64,000 nucleotides of DNA from Pirellulales bacterium (GCA_963786255.1 CAWAYY010000049.1:109795-173794); one strand, 5' to 3'. Positions 46,593 to 57,046 are shown, numbered from the stretch's first letter. Numbers and translations are program-made. Notes: generated by a model from the letters alone, not told the origin.

Positions 46593-46841
46593 TCAGGCAG
46601 CCGGCCGTTGGCTTCTCGGTTCGCGCAAGGCAATCGGCGCCAACGTCTCGCCCGAGTGCGTCTTGAGCGAGACCTGGTCGGAACCAAGCATCCAAACCGC
46701 TTCGTGCTCTTCGAAGATAAACCGCCGGCCGACATAAAACCCCTCGCGGACCAGCACCGTTTCTCCGGTAATGGTCGCCGGGCCCAGTCCCCGCTCTACA
46801 ATCGCGTCAAGCACGTGCTGACGAACCTGATGAATTTCCAT
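46593..46841 (-). CDS. Small hypothetical protein
   Basis: MEIHQVRQ...ETVLVREGFYVGRRF..EAVW; start uncertain (46841 or 46880). Confidence 0.55.
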   Translation of the reverse strand: MEIHQVRQHVLDAIVERGLGPATITGETVLVREGFYVGRRFIFEEHEAVWMLGSDQVSLKTHSGETLAPIALREPRSQRPAA

Positions 46842-47105
46842 TCGCAACAGACCCCCAATGCGCGTGAGTTCCTTCGACAAGGCATCATCGGCATGGGGGA
46901 CTCCCTCTTCTTGAGTGGTTCCCGTTCAGGCTGCTACATTTTTTCCACTCTGCCTCTTCGTGCGCGGAACGGCGCAAGCCCGACAAGCTGCGGCACTTGG
47001 CCGCGCAACGGCCAGGGTGGGTTCCGCATGACCACGCCTGGCTGCCTCGAGGGGCAAATCGCGCCCTGAGCGAAGTGTTGGCAATGATTGCCATCGAAGG
47101 CGGGT

Positions 47106-47312
47106 TCATGGCGCCTGGGTTGGGTCACAGCAAGCTGCCTGGATCTGTCGGCGTTCGTGTTGCGTGCGTTTCATCACGAGACGGACTTGCAAAGGCGAAA
47201 TCTTGATGCCGTCCAATTCCAGGCTCGCGGCAATATCGTTCGCAGAACCGTGAGGGTGAAGGCGAATGCGTTCCAGAACCAATTTCGAAATTTCCGGCGC
47301 TACATAGGGCAT
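47106..47312 (-). CDS. Small putative winged-helix protein
   Basis: VLERIRLHPHGSANDIAASLELDGIKISPLQVRLVMKR resembles a HTH; RBS GAGGAGG upstream. Confidence 0.5.
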   Translation of the reverse strand: MPYVAPEISKLVLERIRLHPHGSANDIAASLELDGIKISPLQVRLVMKRTQHERRQIQAACCDPTQAP

Positions 47313-47784
47313 TGTGAAATCCCTCCTCGGACCGATGCGGCAAGACAAGACATGGCGGGCCGCTTCAATCCAACCATGGAACCCTTCGCGTGAGAGGTGC
47401 AAAGCATGCGCCCGAAGAGCGCCTTGTCGGCGCCGTTCGTAAATAAGCAATTACGATCGCTATATGGTCCAGGCGAACCAGGCGGCTCATTAGCTCGGCC
47501 GTCAAATTGCCGGCGGCGCTTCCGCGTTCGTTCCCTGGAATCGGGGATTGCAGTTCCGCTTGAACTTGGGGTGGAACGCAGCCTACGTCAGCGGCGAAGG
47601 CGTCCGGACATTGACGGCGCCTATTCTTTTATTTCGCCCCAACTGGTCGGATCCCATCGAAACGTCGACAACGGTGGATGGATCTTGATATTCTGGAAGG
47701 CGGGCAGACCAGGGCAATATCCGGGGTAACGGGGCGGTTATGCGCCGGCCGCCCTAGCGAGTCTGCGGTGTTTGACGGGAGTCG

Positions 47785-50067
47785 ATGCAGCCCATGAGCT
47801 TTTGTTCAAGAAAACGATGCATGCCATTGCCAAGGGATAGGCGTCTTGCGGGCATCTCCCGGCACCCCCGGCCGCTGGCGATCCTGATCTGCCTTGCGAT
47901 GACTTCGCCGCTCCGTGCCGAAGCGAACTTTGCGACCGACGTGATGGCGGTGCTTTCCAAGGCCGGTTGCAACATGGGCGTCTGCCACGGCAATCAGAAC
48001 GGCAAGGGGGGCTTCAAGCTCTCGCTCCGAGGCCAGGATCCCGCGTTTGATTTCCTGGCTCTGTCGCGAGAACAACTCGGTCGACGCGTCGACCTGCTGC
48101 AGCCGGAGCGCAGCTTGATCTTGCAGAAGCCGACGGCTCAAGTCGCCCATCAAGGCGGCCGTCGATTCGGGCCCGATTCCGCCGAGTACCGCATTCTGCA
48201 CGACTGGGTCGCCGCCGGCATGCCCGCCATGTCGCCCAGCGCACCGCAGTTGGAGCGGATTGAAGTCACTCCGACCGAAGCCGTGCTGGTCGAGCCCGCC
48301 GATCGCGTGCAGTTGAAAGTCGTCGCCGTCTTTTCCGACGGAGCCCTGCGCGACGTGACGAGCCTGGCCGTCTACGAACCGGCCAGTCCGGTCGCCGCGG
48401 CGAGTCACGACGGTTTGCTGACGCGCGCAACGACGGGTGAAACGACCGTTCTGGTGCGCTACCTGGAAGCCCAAGTTCCGGTGCGGATCGCCTTTGTGCC
48501 GGCGCGTCCCGACTTTGTCTGGAGCAATCCGCCGGCGGCGAACTATGTCGACGAGCACGTCTTTGCCAAGTTGCGCACGCTGCGGATGAATCCGTCCGAA
48601 CTGGCCAGCGACAGCGTGTTTCTGAGGCGAGCCTTCCTCGACGCGCTCGGCATTCTGCCCACGGCGGAGGAGGCGCGGGCGTTTCTTGCCGATACTCGAC
48701 CTGATAAGCGAGCCCGGCTGATCGACGCCTTGCTCGAGCGGCCGGAATTCGCCGACTGCTGGGCCCTCAAGTGGTCTGACTTGCTGCGGAACGAAGAAAA
48801 GGCGCTCGATCAAAAAGGGGTCCAGACCTATCACCATTGGATCCGCCGCAGCATTGTCGACGGCAAGCCGCTCGACCAGTTCGTCCGCGAGCTCGTGATG
48901 GCCCGCGGCAGCACCTACACCAATCCCCCGGCAAACTTTTACCGCGCGAATCGCGATCCGGTGACGCGGGCCGAGGCGGCCGCGCAATTGTTTCTGGGCG
49001 TGCGGCTGCAGTGCGCCAAGTGCCACAACCATCCGTTCGACCGCTGGACGCAAGGCGATTACTATCGCTGGGCTGGTTTTTTCGCCCGCGTGCAGTACAA
49101 GATCGTCGACAACCGCCGCGGCGACAAGAACGACGGGCACGAGTTTGACGGCGAGCAGATCGTCTGGATGTCGGACAAGGGCGAAGTGAAAGATCCCCGC
49201 ACTTCGCAGGCGATGGCGCCGTGCTTCCTCGGCGAACCGGCGCCCCGCCTGGCGGCCGAGCAGGATCGACTGGAAGAACTGGCCGCGTGGATCACCGATG
49301 CACAGAACCCTTTCTTCGCCCAGGCCCAGGCCAATCGGATCTGGTATCACTTGCTGGGCCGGGGCGTCGTCGAGCCGATCGACGATTTCCGGGCCACCAA
49401 TCCCGCTTCGAACCCGCCGCTGCTGGAGGCCTTGGCGGCCGACTTTGTCGCCAGCGGTTTTGATCTGAAGCATCTGGTTCGCACGATCATGAACTCGCGG
49501 ACCTACCAGTTGGCCGCCGCGACGAACCTAACCAACGCGGCAGACGAGGCTAACTTTTCTCACGCCCAGGTTCGCCGGCTTTCGGCCGAGCAGTTGCTCG
49601 ACGCGTTGAGCCAGACGACCGGCGCGCCGCTGCATTTTGCCGGTTATCCGCGCGGGACGCGTGCAGGACAACTGCCGGGCGTGCAGGCCATGCGGTTTCG
49701 CCGCGGCCAGGCCTCGGCGCAGGACCAGTTCCTGGTGTTGTTCGGCAAGCCGCCCCGATTGTTAACTTGCGAATGCGAACGTTCCGGCGAAACGACCCTC
49801 AGTCAGGCGTTTCAGTTGGTGAGCGGACGAACGGTGAATGAACTGCTGACGTGCAAAGACAATCGCCTGGACCGGTTGCTGGCCGGGGGCGAATCCGCTG
49901 CCGAGATGCTCGACGAGTTGTACTGGGCGGCGCTCTCGCGCCCGCCGACTGCCGACGAGCTCAAAGGCATGAGCGCCTATCTGGAAAAGACCGCCGATCG
50001 GCGAGCCGGCCTGGAAGACATCCTCTGGAGCCTGGTGAACTCGAAAGAGTTCCTGCTCCGGCAATGA
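47785..50067 (+). CDS. DUF1549/DUF1553 (PSD1-type) protein with CxxCH-like motifs and an Ig-like domain
   Basis: GCNMGVCHG, FLRRAFLD, QCAKCHNHPF, NRIWYHLLGRG, CECER, NSKEF. Confidence 0.93.
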   Translation: MQPMSFCSRKRCMPLPRDRRLAGISRHPRPLAILICLAMTSPLRAEANFATDVMAVLSKAGCNMGVCHGNQNGKGGFKLSLRGQDPAFDFLALSREQLGRRVDLLQPERSLILQKPTAQVAHQGGRRFGPDSAEYRILHDWVAAGMPAMSPSAPQLERIEVTPTEAVLVEPADRVQLKVVAVFSDGALRDVTSLAVYEPASPVAAASHDGLLTRATTGETTVLVRYLEAQVPVRIAFVPARPDFVWSNPPAANYVDEHVFAKLRTLRMNPSELASDSVFLRRAFLDALGILPTAEEARAFLADTRPDKRARLIDALLERPEFADCWALKWSDLLRNEEKALDQKGVQTYHHWIRRSIVDGKPLDQFVRELVMARGSTYTNPPANFYRANRDPVTRAEAAAQLFLGVRLQCAKCHNHPFDRWTQGDYYRWAGFFARVQYKIVDNRRGDKNDGHEFDGEQIVWMSDKGEVKDPRTSQAMAPCFLGEPAPRLAAEQDRLEELAAWITDAQNPFFAQAQANRIWYHLLGRGVVEPIDDFRATNPASNPPLLEALAADFVASGFDLKHLVRTIMNSRTYQLAAATNLTNAADEANFSHAQVRRLSAEQLLDALSQTTGAPLHFAGYPRGTRAGQLPGVQAMRFRRGQASAQDQFLVLFGKPPRLLTCECERSGETTLSQAFQLVSGRTVNELLTCKDNRLDRLLAGGESAAEMLDELYWAALSRPPTADELKGMSAYLEKTADRRAGLEDILWSLVNSKEFLLRQ

Positions 50068-50100
50068 GAAGGAATTGAGCGAACGAAGGAACCACTGCGC

Positions 50101-51480
50101 ATGAATTGCCGCAACTATCTTCAAACGGCTTTTCCTCGCCGCCGCTTGCTCAGCATCGGCGGCGCCGGGCTGCTGGGGCTGACCTTGCCTCGCTGGCTGG
50201 CGGCCGAACAGCGTCGCTCGCCGCCGGCCCGCGCCAAGTCGGTGATCTTCCTCTATCAATTCGGCGGACCAAGTCATGTCGACATGTTCGACATGAAGCC
50301 CGACGCCCCGGAAAAAATCCGCGGGCCCCACAAGCCGATTTCGTCGAACGTGCCGGGGATTTCCGTCTCCGAGCATTTGCCGCGCATCGCGCAGGTCATG
50401 GACAAGGTCACGCTGGTGCGCAGCGTGCACCATGGCATGAAGAATCACAACTCGGCGTCGTACTATGCGCTGACGGGCCACGCGCCGCCGGTCGATGACA
50501 TCCGCCTGCGAGATTCGCTCGAGCTGTTTCCGGCCTACGGCTCCGTGGTCGATCGCCTCTCGCCGGGCGGCGCCGGCATGCCAACCTTCGTGGCATATCC
50601 GTACGTCATTCGCGACGGCGCCGTGACGCCCGGTCAGCACGCCAGCTTCCTGGGCAAGAAGCACGATCCGTTTTTGGTGACCGAGGATCCTAACGACAAG
50701 AACTTCCGGTTGCCCGAGTTGAGCTTGCCGGGCAACCTGTCGCTCGGCCGACTGGAAAACCGCCGCGAATTGCAACGGCTCGTCGACCGCCAGAACCATC
50801 TGCTGGAAGACTCCGCCGCGGCTCAAGGGCTCGACGCCTACTACGACAAGGCGCTCTCGATGCTCAATTCGCCGCGCGTCAGCCAGGCGTTCAACCTCTC
50901 GGCGGAGCCGGAAAAACTGCGCGAGAGCTACGGCCGGCATCCTTACGGCCAGAGCTGTTTGTTGGCCCGGCGCCTGGTCGAAGCGGGCGTGAAGTTCGTG
51001 AACGTTTATTTCTCCAGCTCGATCGGCGGGCAAAGCACGACCAGCGGCGGTTGGGATACGCACGGCTTCAATAATACCCGGATGTTTCCGATCATCGAAA
51101 AGTACCATCTGCCGATCACCGACCAGACGCTGCCCACGCTGCTCAAGGATCTTGACGACCGCGGTCTGCTCGACAGCACGCTGGTGGTCTGGATGGGCGA
51201 ATTCGGCCGCACGCCCAAAATCAACGACAATGTCAGCCGCGACCACTGGCCGCAGTGCTACACGGCGCTGCTGGCCGGCGGCGGCGTGAAGCGAGGCTTC
51301 GTCTACGGCGCCTCCGACAAGAACGCGACCTTCCCCGATCGAGATCCGGTGCGACCGGACGACCTGTCCGCCACCATGTTCCGACTGCTCGGCATCGATC
51401 CGCAGACGGAAGTCTACGACACGGCCAACCGCCCGCTGGTCATCGCCGCTGGCAGTCCGGTGACAGGACTGCTGGCGTGA
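50101..51480 (+). CDS. DUF1501 protein
   Basis: GGPSHVDMFDMKP, ARRLVEAG, WDTH, GEFGRTP, RDHWP; intact. Confidence 0.95.
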   Translation: MNCRNYLQTAFPRRRLLSIGGAGLLGLTLPRWLAAEQRRSPPARAKSVIFLYQFGGPSHVDMFDMKPDAPEKIRGPHKPISSNVPGISVSEHLPRIAQVMDKVTLVRSVHHGMKNHNSASYYALTGHAPPVDDIRLRDSLELFPAYGSVVDRLSPGGAGMPTFVAYPYVIRDGAVTPGQHASFLGKKHDPFLVTEDPNDKNFRLPELSLPGNLSLGRLENRRELQRLVDRQNHLLEDSAAAQGLDAYYDKALSMLNSPRVSQAFNLSAEPEKLRESYGRHPYGQSCLLARRLVEAGVKFVNVYFSSSIGGQSTTSGGWDTHGFNNTRMFPIIEKYHLPITDQTLPTLLKDLDDRGLLDSTLVVWMGEFGRTPKINDNVSRDHWPQCYTALLAGGGVKRGFVYGASDKNATFPDRDPVRPDDLSATMFRLLGIDPQTEVYDTANRPLVIAAGSPVTGLLA

Positions 51481-52841
51481 GCGAGGGCGACGCCGAAGCG
51501 CCGCAGCTGGTTCGCGGATTGGGTCTGGCTCCTTCGGTGGCCTTGAACGTGGCCAACATGGTCGGCATTGGCCCGTTCATCACCATTCCGCTGTTTCTGC
51601 AATCGATGCACGGGCCGCAGGCTCTGCTCGGCTGGGTCGTGGCGGCCGTGCTGGTGCTTTGCGACGGCCTGGTCTGGAGCGAGTTGGGCGCCGCGCTGCC
51701 CGGCAGCGGCGGAACGTATCACTTTCTGCGCGAGGCGTTCGGCCGTTACCGCTGGGGGCGACTGGTTCCGTTCCTGTTCATCTGGCAGTTCTTCATCAGC
51801 GGCGCCTTGGAACTGGCCTCGGGCTATCTCGGTTCGGCCGGCTATTTGAAGTTCGCGCTGCCGCACCTGGAAAGCGCCCTGGCCGACTGGGGCCTATCTC
51901 ACGGGGTGAACTGGCTGGCCGCCGGCGCCGCGCTGATCGTCACGCTGACGCTCTGCCGCCCGATCCGCGCCATCGGTTGGCTCGGCGTGGTGCTCTGCGC
52001 CGGCACGCTAGTCACGATCCTGGCGGTGATTATTTCCGGGCTGGCCCACTTCGACGCCTCGTTACTGACGCTGCCGCCTCATGCCTTCGAAATGAACTGG
52101 GCCTTCTGGCTCGGCTTAGGCGGAGCGATGCGGATTGCCGTCTACGATTACCTGGGCTATTACAACATCTGTCACTTGGGCGATGAGGTGCGAGAGCCCG
52201 GCCGTACGATTCCGCGAGCGGTGATTTCGGCCGTGCTGCTCGTCTCGGCCTTGTACCTGACGATGAACCTCTGCATCCTGGCCGTCGTTCCGTGGCAAGA
52301 GGCGATGAACTCGGAGACGATCGCCGCCGACTTTATGCAGCGGCTGTTCGGCCAGCGGGTCGCCGTGGCTTTCTGCGGGCTGATTCTCTGGACGGCCCTG
52401 GCCGGGCTGTTCGCCATGACGCTCGGCTACTCGCGCATTCCCTACGCGGCCGCTCGACAAGGCGATTTCTTCCGCCCCTTCGCCTGGCTGCATCCGGTCC
52501 ATCATTATCCCGCTGCATCGCTGTTGCTGATCGGCGGCCTGACCGCGGCCTTCTGCTTCTTCTCGCTGGAGCAGGTCATCAGCGCCGCCGTCACCGTGCG
52601 GATTCTGGTGCAGTTCATCGCCCAGATCGTCGCGTTGCACGTGATCCGCACCACGCGGCCCGACGTGGCGTTGCCGTTTCGGATGTGGGCTTATCCGCTG
52701 CCCAGCCTGATCGCCTTTGCCGGCTGGCTTTACGTGCTTGGCACGGCCGGAGCGTGGCACATTGCCGGAGGCGTCGTCGTGATGATCAGCGGTACCATCG
52801 CATTTGTCCTCTGGCGGGTCTGCAGTCGCGGGGCGAAGTGA
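51477..52841 (+). CDS. APC-family amino acid permease
   Basis: GTG start overlaps the DUF1501 stop. NMVGIGPF, ELGAALPGSGG, EVREPGRTIPRA, SRIPYAAAR; ~12 TM segments. Confidence 0.92.
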   Translation: MSEGDAEAPQLVRGLGLAPSVALNVANMVGIGPFITIPLFLQSMHGPQALLGWVVAAVLVLCDGLVWSELGAALPGSGGTYHFLREAFGRYRWGRLVPFLFIWQFFISGALELASGYLGSAGYLKFALPHLESALADWGLSHGVNWLAAGAALIVTLTLCRPIRAIGWLGVVLCAGTLVTILAVIISGLAHFDASLLTLPPHAFEMNWAFWLGLGGAMRIAVYDYLGYYNICHLGDEVREPGRTIPRAVISAVLLVSALYLTMNLCILAVVPWQEAMNSETIAADFMQRLFGQRVAVAFCGLILWTALAGLFAMTLGYSRIPYAAARQGDFFRPFAWLHPVHHYPAASLLLIGGLTAAFCFFSLEQVISAAVTVRILVQFIAQIVALHVIRTTRPDVALPFRMWAYPLPSLIAFAGWLYVLGTAGAWHIAGGVVVMISGTIAFVLWRVCSRGAK

Positions 52842-53124
52842 TTAGGGATATGCACGTTCTGAACCGATCCGGGCGGCGCGTCCAAAGCCCGGCCGACGCA
52901 TTGGCTCACCGAGCCGATGAGCGGCAGATGCAAACAACCTATCACGCCGAAAGACGCGTGACAAACGAGTAACCACTTGCTGGATCGAGACTTCCGACGA
53001 TCAGCTTGGAGCGCGGGCGATCAGTTTTTGGCGCGCGTTAGGCTGCAGAGATGCCGCCTACTGGCGATAGGCTGACCATTTCTAACTCCACCGAAGGGGA
53101 TCATTCGATGGCTCCAACAAGGGC

Positions 53125-53392
53125 TGGAGTGTAGATACTATGAAAGGTGTCTTCGTCGCATGTGCGTGATTTTCGGGGGGCAATGGTGGGACGTGCGGAT
53201 AAAGGACTTTTAATAACAACGGGCACATTCACGAGAGATGCGACTCGAGAGGCAACGCGAGATGGTGCGCCGCCACTTGACTTGATTGATGGTGAACAAC
53301 TTGCGGATATGCTGAAAGCGCTGAGGCTGGGAATCTTAACTGAGGTAGTCGAAAAGGTTACAATTGACGAGGGGTGGTTCCGATCCATCTGA
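53125..53392 (+). pseudogene. C-terminal fragment of a Mrr-family restriction endonuclease
   Basis: VRDFRGAM.GRADKGLLITTGTFT.DA..EA.RDGAPPLDLIDGEQL. The N-terminus and catalytic core are missing, and the DNA is visibly AT-richer. Confidence 0.8.
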
Positions 53393-53545
53393 CGGGACAG
53401 AACAAAAGGACGGACGCGCGGGGGAATAGGCTGGCTCGCTTTGCTCGGCGACATTGACTCCCGGCCGCGCTATCGCAGCCGCTCGGCGGCATCCGATCTT
53501 GTCACTTGGGCACTCGGACCGGCGGGTTTTCGCGAGGAAGCAGAG

Positions 53546-53870
53546 ATGTCTACCGCGGAAGAACGATTGCCGGCCCTGGAATCGGAAGTCCAGGCCGTGT
53601 GAAACAGCAACTCGCGAGGGTGCGCGAGCCGCGTGCATGGCTGGAAGAAGTTGCCGGCTCCATGGATGAATGGCCCGAATTTGAAGAGGTATTGCGCTCG
53701 GCAGAGAGTTTCGGGAATCGACGCACGATGCGTCCGGCGCAGCGGATAGCGGATCCGCTTCCATCGGCCTGGGGCGCACGCTGACGGTCCTGACCAGGAA
53801 TTCGGTTGACTTTGAACGAATTCCCGATGTGCGGGTAGAAGATTGGACGGGACCAAGCCGCTCGATGTAA
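53546..53870 (+). pseudogene. Degenerate antitoxin + VapC (PIN) toxin remnant
   Basis: MSTAEERLPALESEV/KQQL..WLEEVAGSMDEWPEFEEVLR (antitoxin-like) runs directly into ASIGLGRTLTVLTRNSVDFERIPDVRVEDWT (PIN C-terminus). Most of the PIN domain is deleted. Confidence 0.65.
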
Positions 53871-53899
53871 GCTCGTGGTCCCTCGTCAAATCGCTCTTC

Positions 53900-54241
<342 letters not shown>

Positions 54242-54325
54242 TTACAGGCTCGTCAACGCCGGCGACCTGGGCGAAAAACACGGTTCGGAGAAAAACGGAT
54301 GTTCGTCGTTCCGTGAATTCTCGGT

Positions 54326-54904
54326 TTACGCTTGAGAAGCATCGTCTGATTTCGGGGCGGACGGCAATGCTGAGAATTCGGGACGATATTTTGCCAGCGC
54401 CGGTTGTGCCCGGGCGGGCGCGTCTTGCAGCCAGATGATCTGAAAGGCGCCGTCAACGTCGCCGCCGAATTCGCTATAGATGCCGAACCCAGCGGCCGGC
54501 TGAAAGCCGAATCGGCCGTAGAATGCCGGCTCGCCGAGAACGCAAACAAAACGGACGCCCCGCTGGCGCAACAGCGACAATCCGTGTTCAATGAGACGAG
54601 AGCCGACGCCCTGACGTTGCAACTCGGGCGCCACGGAGATGGGCCCCAGTCCCATACCGCTGCCGAGCGGACCGTATCCTTCGATCGCCACGGGAGAAAA
54701 CAGCACGTGACCGACGATCTCGCCTTCGCATTCGGCCACGAGCGAAAGGAGCTCTGGACAATTCGCGCGGAGGCGTTCGATGAGTTCGGCCTCTCCGTTA
54801 TGGCCCCATGCAGATAATGAAAAGGCCGCTTCCGTGACGGCCCTGACCGAGGCGAAATCGCTGGGGCATTCCTGTCGAATGGAAACAACGCATGGTTCGT
54901 TCAT
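54326..54904 (-). CDS. GNAT acetyltransferase (YhbS-like)
   Basis: EAELIERLR, IVGHVLFSP, LGPISVAPELQRQGVG, VLGEPAFYGRFGF. Confidence 0.9.
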   Translation of the reverse strand: MNEPCVVSIRQECPSDFASVRAVTEAAFSLSAWGHNGEAELIERLRANCPELLSLVAECEGEIVGHVLFSPVAIEGYGPLGSGMGLGPISVAPELQRQGVGSRLIEHGLSLLRQRGVRFVCVLGEPAFYGRFGFQPAAGFGIYSEFGGDVDGAFQIIWLQDAPARAQPALAKYRPEFSALPSAPKSDDASQA

Positions 54905-54994
54905 CGGTAGTGGTCTCGAAATCTCGCGAGTCGATTGGCATTGCCAAAGCTTGGATCCGCCGTGAGAAGGTGCGGCATCAACCTGCTTTTGCTT

Positions 54995-55792
54995 TCAATG
55001 AGCGTCCGCCAGCCGGTCCAGGTCATCTCCAGCGGAGTATTCAAACAGCCGTTGAAGAAACCGTCCGTAATCGTCTTTCATCGGCAACTCAAAGTCACGC
55101 TTGATTCTACGACGCCAAGCCAGCGTCTCTTTCCCTGTCGCGGGGTTCCGGGCAGTCTTCTCGTAGCTTTCCCAGTACAGTCCGACGCCCCGCTTCTGCC
55201 AGCACGGGACTTCATTGAAATTGATCCCCTGTTCAAAGAGCAACTCATTCTTCTGACTGACGGAAAGTCCAACGAGCCGCTGAGTCGCAAGCTGTTGGTT
55301 AAGGCCCGACTTGCGGAGCGCCCAATAACAGTGGGCGCTCAAGGCGTTCCTGGCAGCGTCCTCACTGCGCCAACGAAAGTAGTCGACAACCAGCGAGGCG
55401 TTCGGCAATTGCGAGATGCGACAGTCGAATGTCGCCCGTTCGCCCAGCAGCAGCGAGAACGTTGCGCTCGCTTCGCCCGCCAGGGTGGAATTGTACTTGC
55501 GAGTTTTGCGGCCGAAGAGCTGCTCGTTCTCGTCGAAAAGCAACGAGATCTCGTCGCTCTCAGTGTAGGCGTAGCGCACTCGAAAGCCGCAGTTCATCAA
55601 CGCTTCGGCCGTTTCAGCCATCATATCCCGCATCCGCTCGTCGAACGGGGCCTCGAACTGGCAGATCTCCTTAGTCAGGCGAGTGAAGCTGCGGCCGTCG
55701 AGCCGAGCGACCATGAAAATGCCAGGCAACACGCAGTAATCTGCGGCGGTCTCGAAGATTCGCATTCGCTGGTCGAGTTCGTCAAATCTCAT
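54995..55792 (-). CDS. Thg1-like protein (tRNA-His guanylyltransferase / 3'-5' polymerase)
   Basis: RLDGRSFT, YTESDEISL, FDCR, YFRWRSEDAARNAL, WQKRG. Confidence 0.93.
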   Translation of the reverse strand: MRFDELDQRMRIFETAADYCVLPGIFMVARLDGRSFTRLTKEICQFEAPFDERMRDMMAETAEALMNCGFRVRYAYTESDEISLLFDENEQLFGRKTRKYNSTLAGEASATFSLLLGERATFDCRISQLPNASLVVDYFRWRSEDAARNALSAHCYWALRKSGLNQQLATQRLVGLSVSQKNELLFEQGINFNEVPCWQKRGVGLYWESYEKTARNPATGKETLAWRRRIKRDFELPMKDDYGRFLQRLFEYSAGDDLDRLADAH

Positions 55793-56228
55793 CTTGCCAG
55801 TCCTCGACGACAAACCGTCCTCTCTCCAGACGGACGTAGAACAACTGATCGAAACCTTCGGCAAGCGACGGCGCCTCAAGTTTCTTCGCAGCCGTCAAAA
55901 TCGCCACGTCGGGCACTCTCTCGGCATCGCAGCGTCTGGCGTTCCGCTGCAGGCAATCCTCGACCTTCGACTGAAAGTAATAGCCAACGACGGCGAATCG
56001 ATGCGATTTGACAGGCTCGATATAGCTGGCGCGATCGGCGCGAGTCGGGTTCGTGTTATCGACCACGAAGCGCTGACCGGTCGCCAGGCAGAGTTCGAGG
56101 AACCGTTTTTCCCGGTGTCGGGTTTTCAGCAAGTCGAGGCTGATGCAGACGTGCGAGGAAAAGAAGCGTTCCTTGTAAAACGACGACTTCCCCGCCCCTT
56201 GCAGTCCGATCAGTACGACAGCCTCCAT
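55782..56228 (-). CDS. P-loop kinase (AAA_33, polynucleotide-kinase-like)
   Basis: GLQGAGKS, ISLD, VVDNTN, RNARR lid, EGFD; overlaps the Thg1-like start by 11 bp. Confidence 0.88.
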   Translation of the reverse strand: MEAVVLIGLQGAGKSSFYKERFFSSHVCISLDLLKTRHREKRFLELCLATGQRFVVDNTNPTRADRASYIEPVKSHRFAVVGYYFQSKVEDCLQRNARRCDAERVPDVAILTAAKKLEAPSLAEGFDQLFYVRLERGRFVVEDWQDEI

Positions 56229-56416
56229 GAATCGTTTCTCGCGCGCACGCTCTTCGAACGATCAGACATTGTGCCCGATGGCTGGACACGCGACGACAGA
56301 TATTGGTTCGCCTGGGCAATGGCCTGTGGTCTCGCCGCGAGTGCGAAATTGCGAGGTCCGGTCGCGCAGGCACGAAGCTTAGAGCCGGACGAGCGCCCGT
56401 ATAGCATGTCGCTTGT

Positions 56417-57046
56417 TCAGCCCTTACCGCGGAAATAGATCAGCGTCGCTACGACCAGCGTCCCCGCAAGATTGGCGACGAGGTCCCAACCGGTGTTCGC
56501 ATAGCCGCCGACATTTGTGCCTGGCAGCGTGAGCGTGGCGATGAACTCGACGACTTCGTTCGCCGCGCCAAAACCGTTGCTCGCCGCCGCGCAAAGAATC
56601 AGCAGGCCGACGGTCGGCTGGACAGAGAGCCCCCGGTCGCTAAAGGCCGCTTGCAGGCCTTGCCAGCAAATCCAGGTCACAAGCCCAAAGCCGTAAGCAT
56701 GCACGACCTGGTCATACTTCAGCAGACCGGGAATCAGCCACATGTTGTAGAGCACGTGCGAGTCGCCGACGCTCGGCCACGATTCAGGTATCGGCGCCAG
56801 TCCGCCGGCCATGTGGGCTGCGCCCCAAGCGGATAGTCCCCACAAGGCGCCCAGGTGCAAGCCGACTCGAAGGTGCAATGCGACCGTCGCGGCGATCAAC
56901 AGCAACATCACGACGAAATAGAATAGGAACTCCTGATTTCTGCCCGAAATCGCCGTAAGCAGCGAAAGGCCCATGTAACCCAGCGTAAAGGCGAGCACGG
57001 CCCACTCAGAACCGGAAATTCGGCGGCGCTGGCGTGGCGTTTCCAT
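56417..57046 (-). CDS. DUF2238-like membrane protein
   Basis: HMAGG, YDQVVH, NEVVEF, NTGWDL motifs; hydrophobic. Confidence 0.7.
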   Translation of the reverse strand: METPRQRRRISGSEWAVLAFTLGYMGLSLLTAISGRNQEFLFYFVVMLLLIAATVALHLRVGLHLGALWGLSAWGAAHMAGGLAPIPESWPSVGDSHVLYNMWLIPGLLKYDQVVHAYGFGLVTWICWQGLQAAFSDRGLSVQPTVGLLILCAAASNGFGAANEVVEFIATLTLPGTNVGGYANTGWDLVANLAGTLVVATLIYFRGKG

